A stretch of 59,480 bases of DNA, the filler included, from Sphacelaria rigidula (lineage: Eukaryota), in the NCBI GenBank assembly GCA_964200075.2. It is 6 parts of 6 records of this genome, joined end to end, with 100 filler letters (N's around TTAATTAATTAA, not from the genome) between each part and the next. Parts side by side here need not be neighbours in the genome. Positions count along the whole stretch, not along the records: positions 19,865 to 29,694 come from CAXNAA020007669.1; positions 29,795 to 39,623 come from CAXNAA020007670.1; 4 more parts are not named here. One strand, given 5' to 3'. The notes beneath the pieces are model-generated. The model saw nothing but the letters and a program-made list of their open reading frames with translations, was not told where the DNA came from and made no database searches. A program made the position numbers and the translations under genes. Positions within the stretch are counted from its first letter, which is position 1, and every line of letters starts with the position of its first letter. Below, one piece after another: positions 25,063 to 38,704 of the stretch.

Positions 25063-28000
25063 GGGAGTGTAAGTAAAGTGATGGACTTCGGTTGCTTCGT
25101 GGAACTGAGGGGGTTCCCGCAGTTGGCCAACGGGAAGCGACAGGAGGGTCTGGTCCACGTCAGTCAGATCCAGAACGGCATGCTGAAGGACCCTAGCAAG
25201 GCAGTGAAGCGCGGCCAGCCCTGCAAGGTCAAGGTTATATCCATGGTGAGTATCTTTTACTCGGTAACCTTGTGATGAAGCAAGTTCTTGTTTTTAATTT
25301 CATTTCAATCTCCAGTTCGCTCCCCTTTTGAGGGTTGGCGTCGGTTGAACGACACTGTAAAACACGCCATTCAATGCGTAAGCTAGGCAACCAGGTTACC
25401 GTTTTTTTATTTCCGCTTTCGTTTTTCATTTGCGGTAACTAAGGCGATGTGATCGAGTTAGATCATGTTGTGCGGGGTGAGGAACCTCAACTCCGTGCAC
25501 AGGGAATGATCGCACCATGCAGTGCCTAGATGGTGAGCCACCCATGAGGCGGTGTGTAGCACGTAGGTGTCTCTAGAAATGATGATACCAGAAAACCAAG
25601 CAGTTCATTCGAGGCTGTCATCCATATATAAGACGATCAGTGCGCGTAGTTGGAAAAAAGAAAAAAATTGAAAAGTTCAACGATCCGAACAAGTGTGTAT
25701 TGTTAATTTTTGCACGATTCGTACTTTTCGAAAGTTGAAAAACAGGGCTCTCTACGGTATACGTCACACGTACGTTACACGTCACAGACGTTACGTCACA
25801 CGGGTGTGACGTGACGTAACGTATGTTTTTCGAAGACGTCACAAATGTGGCGTGACGTAACGTACCGGTGAAAAAATGTGGCGTGACGTGACGTAGTTTT
25901 TGAATGCGTCACATTGGCGCATTTTGAAAAGTCTCTTGTAACGTGTAACGTGTTTTATACGTTACACGTCACAATGAACGTTACTCGTCACACTACACGT
26001 TTGTGATGTCTGAATGTACGTCACAGCCGTCACACGCTCAACTTGTACCACAATTAGTGTGATATTAGCATATGTGATACTCGTATTATATAATACATGG
26101 GGTTCACGAACAGTGTGCATACGCCATCAAAATACGCATGCGATGTAAGCGCAAGTTCAGGGCCACGGCACGGCATGTACCGCCACACCACACCCAACCA
26201 TAGAAAAAGCGAATATCGGAATCCGAAAGCACTAGTTTCGAATTTCCGAATTTCAACTTTCCAACTTCGATAGCACAGACGGGGCGGGAGCGACTTGTAA
26301 CGTGAAGATGAGCACGGCCCAGGGTTTCCCTTCAGAGCATGTCAAGGCAAAATAAGAACTACGAAGTATTCAGAGACCTTGTGACTTTTAAGAGGTGCGA
26401 AGGATGACACGAGCTTGTGACCTCGTGGACAAATTCGGCAGCTTCACTGCTGTTCTGTGGGTTTTCTCTTCATTCAGTTGGTTTCGCTTTTTTTTCTCAT
26501 GTTCGTGTTATTTTGTTTTCCTGTTTTTCTGCTCTTCTTCTCTGTTTGAACGTTTTTGTGTAAGTTTTTGTCTCTCTTCTTGGCACAATGAGTCATGATA
26601 TGATTCTACCTTCATGATGTCCGCCCTGTGAACGCGGGTGGGTTCGTACCGGATCATCAGTTTATGTGTATTGTATATATATAGAATATACAGATCTTCT
26701 GCATACACGCCCTGCTGAGTGAGCAATTAATTATAACAATACAGAATCGGATTGCCATGTGCTGGGTGTCCTACGAAATGCCAACCAACTACCAGATATC
26801 ACCAACGTATGATCTGTACATACTTGCGTTTGTATGTGGACATCATGGCCTGCGCGCATCTTGGTATCTCATCACGTATCTGATTATCGTGCATCAATAA
26901 CGTACTCATGTATTTATTTGAAATTGCAACGCGTGAGTCAGGGACGCGTGAGCGATACACACAGCTGAAACGTTTTCTTACATGTCAAAATAGCGAGCAG
27001 AACGCGCCTCATGCTCGGACAAGGCAGCCACCGTGAACCTCCCGTACCAAGTCACGGTACATGAAACCTTACAAGGTCGTATGTAGTGTTCATATGCCCT
27101 CAACACGGTCGAAGTGTAAAGTTTCATTGTACGTTACACGTCACAAACGTAACGTATATTATTCGTTACACGTCACAATAAACGTTTCAAAATACGTTAC
27201 TGTGACGTGATGTAACGTATGACTTATTAAAGCGTCACAAAGTGTGACGTGACGTAACGTACCGGTAAAAAAATGTGACGTGACGTGACGTAATTTTTAC
27301 GATGTTACATTTGTGAAGTAACGTGTAACGTGTAACGTAAAGAGCCCTCCAAAAAACTAATGCCATGAGAGTACTTTTGACTTGTGGTGCAAACTTTGTG
27401 TCGTCGTAAGAGCTGGGGAGGGGGGGGGGGGGACTAGTAAGCATGGTGTACGTATATGAGTCGTCGCACGATTCGTCTTTTTTATTTCACGACGGGTTTG
27501 GAGAGTAACTTAAGAACGTAGTGTTTTTGTCGTGTCGCACATTTCATGCTTTCTTTGCAAGGTGAGAAGAGCCTACCTAGCAGATATATTTATGTTAATG
27601 TTGTCTCACATATCGTCATTCCTTTTCAAGGTGGGAAGAAGAACCTATGATACTCGTATGGCAGACATGTTTATTATATTGTTCTGTCGAACGATTCATT
27701 TCATTTCTTTTTTTTTTTGCCGAAAGTTGGGATAATGACACAATAGATTGCATCGTCGAACATGTACGGCGTCAGTACGGAATCTTTCGTCCATTGCAAT
27801 AGACAAAAAATAGTCGATACTGTACGCGGTACACTTTTTTTGACAGTGCAATCTATTGTCATTGTTGTCCAGGCTACGGAAAATAATGCTAACAAAACAT
27901 GGGTGTGCTTACTAATGAATATTTTGTTGGAAAAAAAAAAAATCCGTCATTCTTCTTCATTAATTTTCAGGCCGGGTCTAGGCTAAGCCTGAGCATCAAA

Positions 28001-28171
28001 GAAGTGGATCAGAACACAGGAGAAGATCTCATGCCTGGCCGAGGCCGTGAAGCCTCCGAGAAGCTGGCGGATGAACTCAGTTCCAACCCGTCCGGACCGG
28101 CAGGCGGGTCCAATCCGGTCCACCCGGGTATGACCCAAGAGCGGCTCCGAGCCATGGAAGCAGAAGAGGAG
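25063..28171 (+). CDS. DHX8: Pre-mRNA splicing DEAH helicase DHX8/PRP22, S1 domain region, partial (2 exons)
   Basis: Exons 25063-25245 and 27971-28171 (phase 0, GT-AG) give GSVSKVMDFGCFVELRGF...QEGLVHVSQIQ...VKRGQPCKVKVISM|AGSRLSLSIKEVDQNTGEDL...SNP. This is the PRP22-type S1 domain with its K-D/E-V-D-Q-x-T-G-E-D-L signature. Confidence 0.88.
25743..27349. mobile_element. 1.6-kb non-autonomous hAT-like DNA transposon in the DHX8 intron
   Basis: TIR CAGGGCTCTYTACG / cgtaaagagccct, with dense subterminal GTGACGT/GTAACGT/ACGTCAC repeats at both ends. No 8-bp TSD resolved. Confidence 0.7.
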
Positions 28172-28782
28172 GTATGTACAGCGGTTATTAGGGCTAAGCT
28201 CATAAGAGTAGGGTGACGCATGCTCTGCGCCAAGTTGATATGGGGTTTTTGGTGGGTTCGATTCTCCACACTTGCCTTGAGCAAAGCTTTGCGAACGCTC
28301 GAGGCGCCTACCGTACCCCACATGATTGCCGTACCAGGCTAGAAATCCGGGTTATCGAGATACGAACCCGCTTGGGGGGGGGGGGGGGGGAGGGGTCGGG
28401 TTTGAGGTTTCCTCATTTTTTCAAGGAAAGAAAAAGAAAAGCGGTTGGTGAGCGCTTGACTGCTCGAGTCAGCGTCATAATCTGAAAACACTGTAGGGTC
28501 GGACAAATCACCGCCGGATCGAGTCACCAAATCTACGATGCTTGAGGCGTGATTGCTCGAGAGAGGAACAAGTTGACCGCGGGTAGGAAAAAAGCCTCCA
28601 CGCTTATGTTGCGCCATGTCACGTCTTGCCTCGGATGCACATACCTGGGGTGCAGTGCGACGCTGAAAAGAAAGGCAAAGTATTTAAAGTATTGATTCGA
28701 GCAGTAGGAATCAATTACACTTATTTTTGTTTTTTGTTCTTCCTTTTTTTTGCTTCTTTTTCTCCTTGTCTTTGACTTTGTT

Positions 28783-28783
<1 letters not shown>

Positions 28784-28835
<52 letters not shown>

Positions 28836-28930
28836 CATTGTGTTGACATCAAAAACCGTTCCGATATCTGCGTAGTACTCTATACTGGGCATCTGGTGCG
28901 AACGCCTTCCTTGGTCGCGGGCTAGCTACC
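28784..28930 (-). mobile_element. Retroelement 3' end with (CAA)n tail
   Basis: (GTT)n at 28784-28834 followed by aaaaccgttccgatatctgcg...; a homologous copy at 48015-48630 is split by an insertion. Confidence 0.55.
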
Positions 28931-30183
28931 CAAAATAGGGTATAAGAAAATAAAAGAATGAATCGGACCCAGGAAAATTCACACAGGCACGATACCAACA
29001 AAAAAAACGAAAGCAGACGAATGAAAAAATAATGACAAAAAAGAAGGAAAACAATACTGCAGACCTCATAAGTTCCGATGCCGCAGACGACCATTCGGTC
29101 TACTGGAGGCAGGTCCCAATGGTTTTACACTTGAATCAAGTGTTTTCCAGACGAATCGTTATTAATCTGACTCTTCGGAAATATTTTGTGAAAGCAGCAG
29201 CGTTAACATTACACAATTTGTTCTGGATTTGGATCTCAGGTTGTTGTAAACATACCATGAAGAATTTATTTCAGAACTATGTTCATGTTCATCGATGCGT
29301 TGAATGAAGTTTTAAGACATGAATGTTTAGCTGATGGATTCGGATCCCAGCGGGGCATCACTGTCGCTCACGCCATTCATACATACATACATCATTTGCA
29401 CGTGTCTAGTCACACGTCTCTCCACAGTCACGTTTACACATACCTCTTATTTGGCGTGAGACTCGAGATCTTACTTCCTTTGTCATAGCCAAGGTGCGGT
29501 CATCGTGTCAAGCAATTTTTCCAGTGTAAATAATTCCAGTTTTGACAGATTTTCCGCCCCAACGGTAGAAAGGTTTGAATCGTCGGCCGAGAAGCAGTGG
29601 GTTCATGATTGAGTTGATTTATGCCAAGCCCCCCCCCCCCCCCGCCCAACGCCGGCCGTCCCGCCCCGCTCCTCTGCGCGGGCGCGCCGTGGTGNNNNNN
29701 NNNNNNNNNNNNNNNNNNNNNNNNNNNNNNNNNNNNNNTTAATTAATTAANNNNNNNNNNNNNNNNNNNNNNNNNNNNNNNNNNNNNNNNNNNNTGACCA
29801 CGGATTCATCCCGAGTAGGCGGGGGGGGTTCAAAGTGTGAGGAATATATATATATATATATAGTTAATGTCGCGTGCATAGGGGAGTGGATTTGTTCCGA
29901 CACTGAATTACCTTGCGGGCGTACCGGTGCCATGCGAGTTTTATTGAGACCCAGCTCTTGTTGCCGTGCGTGTATTAGCTTGTTTCTATTTCGGCTCTTT
30001 GATCCGAATGCAGCTTTTCTGGGATGCCCACTGTAGTAAAACTCCGTCGATAAGAGTTTTGGCTGCTGACGTGGCCTGGTTTATCGGTACCGGGATGAGC
30101 AAAGCATACCTTGTGAGGTGGTCCATCACGGACAGTACATATTCACATAGTTCTCCAGCGTTTGACATCGAAGCTGTTTTGTA

Positions 30184-31466
30184 CAGTAGGGGTTCCGGTT
30201 TAGCGGTCCCTAGTGTCAAAACGGAAAATAACCGCTAAACCGGGACCAACCGCTAAACCAGTTTAGCGGTTCTTAACCGCTATTTCGGGTCCTGGTTTAG
30301 CGGTTGGAACCGCTGAACCGGAAAGCCCCCCTCAACTTCACATAAGAGCAGCGTTGCGTTTGATAACATGTAATTTCGATAGCGTCATGCATGTGTGACT
30401 GCTGTATACAGCAGTACAGTATTACAGCAGCAGTAGAACCGGGGTGTACGACTACAGCTGCGATAGTGCACAAGAGACTGCAAGTGTAGACCAAAATGCA
30501 GACTGTGCTTCGAAGTAAAACAAATCATTAAGAGAACCGTAGCCCCCCCCCTGCCCACACCATTTCACCATCCTGATACGTGTACACCGCAAGTGCCGGA
30601 GACCCCTTTCTACTCTACGCTACGGCATATCTTCTTGCCAACACGTGTCTAGTACAGCGTGTGTACTGCTGCACACGGGGCACACAAGAGCGCAGCGTGC
30701 GACTTGAAGCATGGAGTTAAAGCAAAACAAAACAAAACAAGTTCAAACATCCCCAACGACTTCACATTTTTGAATCCTAACTCTTTGACTGCCAGGGTAG
30801 ATCATATGGGTCACGAATGAAATTGTCAAGTGAAAATGAGGCCAACGGCACAAACGGCCAAATAGCTCACTCTCCATCAGAAGCTAGACGCTCAATCTCA
30901 CGGAAACCTCATTAGGCGTAGGAAGAAAAACCACACACGTGAATCATTCCGTGATTCGATTTCCCCCCCTCTTTGATATGGGATCACGCGTCAATTTCTG
31001 CATTCCATTGGGGTTTGTTGGTTAATTGCACCCTCGACAACCAACGAGCCCCGAAGTCTATGCAAAGGTTTGCAGGACGTATCACACACACGCCCACGTG
31101 TTCACATTCCAGCGCCAACTATCCACAGTTTCGATTGACTTTTCTCTATTGTACAAGCAACGCAGTAGGCAGGTGCAACAATTTAGTACATTTTCACGAC
31201 AAACAGTGGACTGTGCTCGTACTAGCTTTCTTTTCAAGTACAGTAGTAGGGGTCCCGGTGCTGCTGCTGCACTGCCGCTGTTGTACTGCGGGGCACACGC
31301 CCGCTATCCTGGCTGACACCGCCCTAAATAACCGTTAAACTGGCAACTGTCCGGTTTAGCGGTCATACAACCGCTAAACCGGGGTGAAACGGTGCCAGCA
31401 GAACCTTGAACCGCTGAACCGGGACTAAACACTAAACCGGTAACCGCTGAACCAGCACCCCTACTG
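30184..31466. mobile_element. 1283-bp non-autonomous Tc1/mariner-type element inserted in the Gypsy integrase
   Basis: TA|CAGTAGGGG...CCCCTACTG|TA, with subterminal AACCGCTAAACC repeats. Removing it restores the integrase frame DLVEY-KTASMS. Confidence 0.88.
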
Positions 31467-31851
31467 TATTCGACTAGGTCTGCCGACATTCTTTCGTGTG
31501 GTCGTCCTATCGGAACGTGTCTCATCGGCAAATTTTGGCCGGTTCTGGACCTTTTTTCGGCGTTGGCAACCCTGACATAGTGTGCGAACCCCCGTGTTTG
31601 CTCTTTTTGCAATATTTTCGCGCTTGACTGACAGCTCTCGTCACTTTGCACCGGCTTCGAACGGCGGAGCTTCTCAGCTGGTATTTTGAAATCGATGCTG
31701 TGGTTCAGCTATTTGCAGCGCAGAGTCTTTTGGCACGTTACAACATATTCGTGTGAGCAACGGCTTGATTTTAGCTTCTTGTCGCTCTCCAAACGCAAAC
31801 AGTCGTGAGAGGGTGTCCGGAATAACATGACGTTTCTCCGGCTTTTGTCTG

Positions 31852-31951
31852 TTATTATTATCATTACCATTATTACCATTATTACCATTAATAATAATAA
31901 CATATTATTATTACTATTAGTATTAGTATTATTATTATTATTATTATTATT
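31852..31951. repeat. (ATT/AAT)n microsatellite
   Basis: Directly visible. Confidence 0.9.
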
Positions 31952-34900
31952 TCTATGATAAAGTTTTTTCCAGTTTTTTGTCTCTTGCATTGAGGTGATA
32001 TAACCTAAAACCGTATTGCGTTTCAGCTTTACATGTCGGCTCGACAGGTTGGTGATTTGTACCATTGCCGTCGTATTTGTTGCCGACAACGTGCATACTG
32101 TTTTTGCAACAATGATGCGCGTGAATGCTTGAGGTACAACAGACGGTCGATTGCCTTCCTCGGTCATTATGGGTGGCTTCACGGCAGCTGCTGTCGTTGT
32201 TGACGGGGCATTCTCCGCTTCGACTAACACTGCCATTGCGGTGGCCCACTGCATTTTTATTTTTTCAGAGAAAGGCTGAAACGGGGTCGTTCAAATATTT
32301 CACTCTAACAGAACAGTGTGTGGTTTCGGAGTGTGTAGGGTCTTGTGAACCATGTTATTTTCAATGCGATGCTTTGATTTTCATACTGGAATCACGGAAT
32401 CTCAGCTCTTCTGCCTACCAGTCGAGTATAGCTTTGAAAGCACTCATAATGGAATTGTATAGTAATGAACGATCCGGCCCCAGATTAGGTATTACAAACG
32501 CCTCTACTGGCAGGGTTTTTATCCCCAACGTAATCTCGAAACGAACGATCCTACGACGTTTATGGGGGAACCGTCCGCGCTTCTGAGATCCATGGGTCCT
32601 GGCGGTAGTGGTTTTATACCAGCTGCAATAACTGCCGGGTGTTGATCAATGAACTGATTTGAAATCGATTGTGACTTTTTCAGCGGGGTACCATTCACTC
32701 GGGCTGCAACTCTAACGCGTACTGATGCACAGGATAACGCTGAGAGCGTATCTGTATACTTGCAGAAGTGATGATGCGTTGTATGAGTCATAGCAATGAT
32801 CGTCTAAGATCGGGTTACAAAAAGGAGGCTGGTGTTTCGATTTCGAATCAACAGCCCCTGCTTATAACGTTGTTGTTTATTCTGGCTACCGGTTGAACAT
32901 GTGTCCACGCGCAATGTAACGTTACCGATTCATTGGGGCACGGCGCAGAATGTAGCATGGTGAGAGCCTCAACAAGTTGAGCTTCATTTTCGACAATGAT
33001 GGACCTTTGTCCGGTGTATTGCTTTTTCCACGGCTGCTCTGAAGGCTGCTTAAGAACCAACTTTCACCGTGCTCTTTTTCAGCTTCTGCTCCTAATATGT
33101 ACTTTCACGTCACAACTGAGGGCTGTTTTGGTGCCTCACCGGAGGAGTTACTGTTATGACTAGGAAACCCACTTCTCTCCGCTACTTCTTCACCAGACTG
33201 TTGACACTTTTCTCCATTGCATGCGTACTGAGGTGTGAAATATTGAACTGTCTGGAGCTCTGAACTCCTCTCAGCTTCCGAGCTGGAATGCGGTAAGACC
33301 GTCCCATACACCTCCTTCTTTCGCTTGCTAAATGGTAGAGAATGACAAGGTACTGCATTTGCAGGGTGGGAAAATAGTTTTGTTAGTGCTATTTCGAGTC
33401 ACCGTGTTTCCAGAGGTCGGCCTGCTTGATTAGTTGCCGTGCCTCTTGCACTATGGTGGAGAAAGGTTGGTTGGTAAGTGTGGCTTCGCTGTTTGATTAG
33501 ACATTTTGATGGTATATAATGTACGCTGGTGAGACTAATTCCGCGTTTCTCTGTTTGACTAGCCGTACAGGTGACATATAATGCACACTGCGGGAGGCTA
33601 ATTTCGCGTTGACCCAAACACGTTACTCCGATAGCCTCTCAACTCGACTAATTATGCACATGACCCATACGTTTCACCGGGAGTAGCGTTCCTTGGAGGA
33701 GTGTTGCCGGTGTCAGGGAGCAGTCGGTTCTCGTTTTGGTTTTTTACTTTTACGGCCTGTCTTGCCTAAGTTCTTTTCTGGTGTCGCCAATGTGAGGAAG
33801 GCGTATCGCTAGAGTAGACAGACTTAGGAGGAGGCTATCTTGGGAGATGTCGTCCGGATGCCGAGGGAACTTCGAGACTGGCGATGATTTCCTCTTGTGA
33901 TATGTAGGCAAGAAGCTGGATCAAACGAGAAGTGATCGCCGGGGGCGACCAGTTCCTCGGGGGATGTTGATCCGTCCTAATATCAGGCTCTTCCTGGCAT
34001 CACCCCTAGTTGTCTAGTATCGTTGGCATTACAGGGTCCCGGTAATCTGGTCCTTTCAGACCGTTTCTACCTTGTACCTGCATGCGCTGGTTCTTCATAC
34101 ATGTGTGGCATCAGTCTCTGATATGTCAATGCAAAGAGGCGTCTTCCACATGAGGGGGAACATAATGTAGGAGGTAACTTTTCTTGACGATTTTGGTATT
34201 TTTCATCGCTAAGTCGTTCGAGCCTCACGGCATTTGTGTTGTGAAAATTGTATGGTTTTTGTAGGATGGAACTAAGAGTTTTCCTGCGTAATGATATGAC
34301 CCGGGCTAAACATCAGCAAGGGGGGCTATTAGAATATTGCCGACCTGAGCCCTGGTGCTCATGTACTTGGATTAATTCGGGTACACCTTGGTGCATGCTG
34401 ACGGCATTCTAGAATTTGGGGGTAGACGGATATCGTGTCATGACTGGATGTATGGCATATAAGGCGATGCACCTTGCGCGCTGCCCGCATCGCCCTCTTA
34501 ATTTCTTCATACTGCATATCTACATATTGGGTGTGGACGCAGCTCGCGTGGAGCTTGCACGGTGTTGATGTTGGGTGAGTAAATGGTATACGAGGTTAAT
34601 ACGAAGAGTTATCACACATCCCCCTCTATCCAGAGCACCTCCTCTGACAGGCTTTCATTGACAGGTGCTGTGATCGGGGAAGACGCGCAAGGCGGGCGCG
34701 TGCAGGTTGGGACCAACAAACTGAGCCAGCACGAAGCTCTTGTATCCTTGGTGATCGGTGGTAGCAGCTATCTGTCTCGCAGCAGCGTAATGTGTGGATC
34801 AATCAAGGCTACTTTTCCACTCATATTCCAGTCATTTTTTTCATCTGGTTGAAGAAAGGCCTCCGTATCTTGGTGTATTTAATTACTCTGATTGGTCGAA

Positions 34901-35615
34901 AAACTCAAAAACTCGTGCCCCTTTCTGTGGTAAGCTGCCTCATCAACCTAATCAGGGGCGATTTTGGTAAAAATAGTCTAATTGATATATATCAGCAATC
35001 ACATCATCAGCGCATGGCTGATGATTTATTGATTTATTTCAACTGATCAACTGAAATCAACGAGGTCAAAATAACTTGATTAATGATCAGTTGATTTTTC
35101 CAGGAAGAAAAGAGGCGTTTGCGTCGTGTAACATATTTGTTTTGCCTGCGGCGCAACCGTTAATCGACGGATATCTCCACTCATCGACTCTTTCCGCGAA
35201 AAAACGTCAGCAACGACGAACACACAGCAGCACACAGCAGCACACAGCAGCACAGCATACAAAGACGAGATTGTTTCCGAGGAAGACGTGGCCAAGGAGG
35301 GCGGTACTCCATGGTGGTGTGCGAAAGCACAGCGGTTGTATCCCCACGTCGCATCCTACCCCGCAAGTACCTTGCGGTTCAAGCTTCATATTCTGCTGCG
35401 TGCACACGTGGACAGGTAGCACCCTGTAGGACGTGCTGCACATGGTTCTTCACAGTCTTCGTGAAAACTCCTGTACAGCATTCGAAAACCCTAGTACTTC
35501 TACCAGCATTTTGTATAGCGCTTTTCTCGATACACTGTAAGAAACCCTGTGGAGGCACTCCCAATTTGAAAATTCCAAAAATTATTTGGGTACAAGATCT
35601 GTAGAATTATTTATA

Positions 35616-35768
35616 CTGCAGAAGCTGTTCGAAATAAATCCTCTTCTTGCCCAATATTAGAAATTGGGCATAAAGAGGGTTGAGGCTGTCGCAATAAGTG
35701 CTCTTTTTGCCCAATTTCTGGGTGAATTGGCGGGCAAAGTGAGGATTTATTTCGAACAGCTTCTGCTG
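35616..35768. mobile_element. 153-bp TA-flanked MITE (CAGCAGAAGCTGTTCGAAATAAATCCTC TIR)
   Basis: TIR matches at 27 of 28 positions; related copies at 35805-35897 and ~19550-19640. Confidence 0.75.
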
Positions 35769-37930
35769 TACAAATCCTATATACTCGCAGATTTGGAATT
35801 TATACAGCAGAATCTGTTCGAAAAATAATCCTCACTTTGCCCGCCAATTCATCCAGAAATGGGCGAAAAGAGCACTTATTGCGAACAGTCTCTGCTGTGC
35901 AAGTCTCACATACTGTACCGTAATCGGCGTATGAGATTCGAGGGACACAATAAATTGTTGAAAACCCATCCTTTTGCCCCCCGATTCAAATGTCATTTGG
36001 GGCAACAAGGGAATTTCCAGCAGTATGTGCTGCTTACAAATCTCATGCACTGACTGCGAGTATATGCCCGGACGGCTGTACATCATATGCCTCCATGACA
36101 GTCCTGAAAACCCCGTAGTCCCGTGTTTACAAAAACAACAACCACAAGAACAAGATATAGCAGGGATATTGCCACACCAATACGCACGGTATGGTGCTGT
36201 ACTGGGCCCTACAATACCGTCCAGGACAGCACCACACCGTGGAGATACGTGTGGTGGCCTATATACTATCGAGTTAGCGTGGCGGCATGCGCTATACGTA
36301 TGGCTGTACAATGTGGGTGCCTATCAGTTGAGATTTGTATATATAAGGGTATTATATACCTTCATGCAGCCGAGTGAGGTAGATCAGTATATATGCAGTC
36401 ATGACCAGCAAGCACGTAACAACTCAAAACAACAACAGCACGAAAATAACAGACCGTTTCGGGGAGTACTCTAACACCGTGTTGAAACGTTTCTCTCCGC
36501 CGGATATTTTTGTAGCCAGCATTGGGAAAACACATCGGCCCCCCCGCTGCCCGTGGACAGTGATTGCAATTCATGGGGGCGACCTACACATATATAACGA
36601 CCGGTGTTACGCCGGGGAAAAGTTTTTTCATAATAGTCTTTTGAACGCCTCCGCGAAAACTTTCAAAAACGGTGAATGATGGCAAAAATCTCGATTTCGC
36701 AAGGACGGTCCGCACCTGCTGTACATGCAGCAGCGGCCCAGACAGCGTCGCGCAGCGGAAGAATTTCACGCGAGGACGATCAAGGTAATTTGTGAATATA
36801 TAGACAGGCGGTTTATCTCGCAAATTGCAACGGAAACAGTGGTGTATGCAACGAATAAGGGCAGAATCCGTGCAGCTCAGGGTGAACACCACCTCCCCCG
36901 CTATAACCTGACATCCAGTGTCATGGGAGAGCACGGCGCTCGCGTAACGCCGGTGGGAGAGACACAGAGGAATGTTTCACCATGTAGATAAAGCAAACTT
37001 CCTGTTACAAAAGGATTCACTTGTATGTACATGTCTCATTTCACTTTTTCACCACTTTTGCCGAGTTTCCTCAGGCGGCAAGGCATCTTATCACGCGCTT
37101 ATTTTGCAGTGCATGAAAAGAAGGTGCAGCGGTACATTACCTTTCAGGTTCGGGTGTCATCTGATACCTGTGACGCTTGTTCTGGCCATCGAAAGTCGCC
37201 CACGCTGGCTCTTTTTCGCGGGGTGTCGATCCCGAACCACAACCGCCTCTACAAGACAACGGAAAATTTCAAACAGGAACCTAAACGACAAAAGCCTGTT
37301 CATGGCGGGTTATTTCTTTGCGTTCTCGTTGATTCTGGAGCACGAAGACAGCGATTATCCAGCGAATGTCACGGGAACATAAGAGCAAAACAGTTGAAAA
37401 CAATTGAACATTGCCTTCGCCTTAGTCAGCAGTAAAAACAAGACCGTGCAATGAGCCGTTCGCGAGTTGAACAAGGCACACACGTGGGCAAACGTCCTTA
37501 CTGTGAGTCAGCTGTGCTCGACAACCGCCGGGGGGTGACGATATCCCTGTGGTCATGCACCCCGAAAGAGAGGGTTCCCTCAAAGGATGAACCTGTGTGA
37601 AGTACCGGCGCAGGAACGTCCTTGTGACAGGGATGGCAGAGATGTCCTTGTGACAAGGATGCATCCCTGCACAAGTACTTCACGGAGGGCACTTAACAAA
37701 ATGTACGTAAAAAATGTTTGGTACAATGGAGATGCCATCAACTCTAACGCTAACCCTGGCACTAGCATCGACCAAGGCATGCCGAGAACTCTCGGGCAAG
37801 GGGGGTGCAGTTTCTCAGCTAAAGCGTGCGTTGCGAGAGCTCAAATCGACGCCTTTTGAGAGCTCAAATCGACGCCTTTGAGCCGATTTTGGATCAAAAC
37901 ACGTTCTGGACGACCTGGTTCTACTGCTCA

Positions 37931-38704
37931 GGCGGGGTCTCATCAGAAGTGATTATCACTTTTCGAAAAAACACTTTTGGAGAAGTGATTGCCCCCACAA
38001 CGACTAGTGCTGCGTCCTATCGACAAGCAGTTTTTTCATATCGAAGCCCAGATCTGCGCACAGGAAAAAAGTGCGGCGGTTCTGGAAGTGGCCGTTAGTC
38101 CAATATCTCTGTACTGCTGCGGACAAGACGCAAAGTGGTAACACAGCGCCGACACACCTAGCCACGAAAACCGACGGATAGACATTCACCACTCATGCGC
38201 ATTTGCTCAAGCGCTAGCTCTTGATCATCTACACACGGCAGCCTTTGTTTGACGGGAATCCGTCCAGTATTAGATGAAAGGCGGCCGCGTGCGTGTCAAA
38301 TAGCAACCGAAAACGCGCTGTTGCTGACTGTTTTGGTGCGTGTGCTGTGCGCGTGTCTCACGCGAATCATCATTTCTAACTGAATTCTGAACCGATTTGA
38401 ACAAGGTCACGCACAGCGTGCTCAGCTGATGAGCAGCAATGAATGGAGCGGTGTGTTCTGGTTTGGGAGGGCAATGCGATCCTCAGGTTCACGTGTGATT
38501 GTCTAGACTTGTCTGTCAAGACTTCGGTAATGCCCCTGTCAACGGGATGTTGTATGTTCCCGTTCGAGGTGTCACAAAATCACTTTTGCAAAAGTGATTT
38601 TGTGGCACTTTTTGGAAGGGGTGGTATCGCAGCAACCAATCATCGGTCGTTTTTCACAAAAGTGATTTTTGAAAAGTGATAATCACTTCTGATAAGACGC
38701 CGCC
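37931..38704. mobile_element. 774-bp PIF/Harbinger-type MITE
   Basis: TCA|GGCGGGGTCTCATCAGAAGTGATTATCACTTTTC...GAAAAGTGATAATCACTTCTGATAAGACGCCGCC|TCA; ~39-bp TIR and 3-bp TSD. Confidence 0.85.

Larger units (their letters stand above)
29940..33999 (-). mobile_element. Decayed Ty3/Gypsy LTR retrotransposon (LTR-PBS, gag, protease, integrase; RT/RNaseH missing)
   Basis: On the minus strand the LTR ends ...CCTCACA at 33791, followed by the PBS TTGGCGACAC. Candidate LTR start TGCCAGGAAG at 33999. Protease-like VRVAARVNG...MDLRSADGSPINVVG...LPVEAFVIPNLG at ~32400-32730. Integrase PHERMSADLVEY|KTAS...EYVLSVMDHLTRYALLIPV at 31640-29940. Many stops and frameshifts. Confidence 0.8.
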
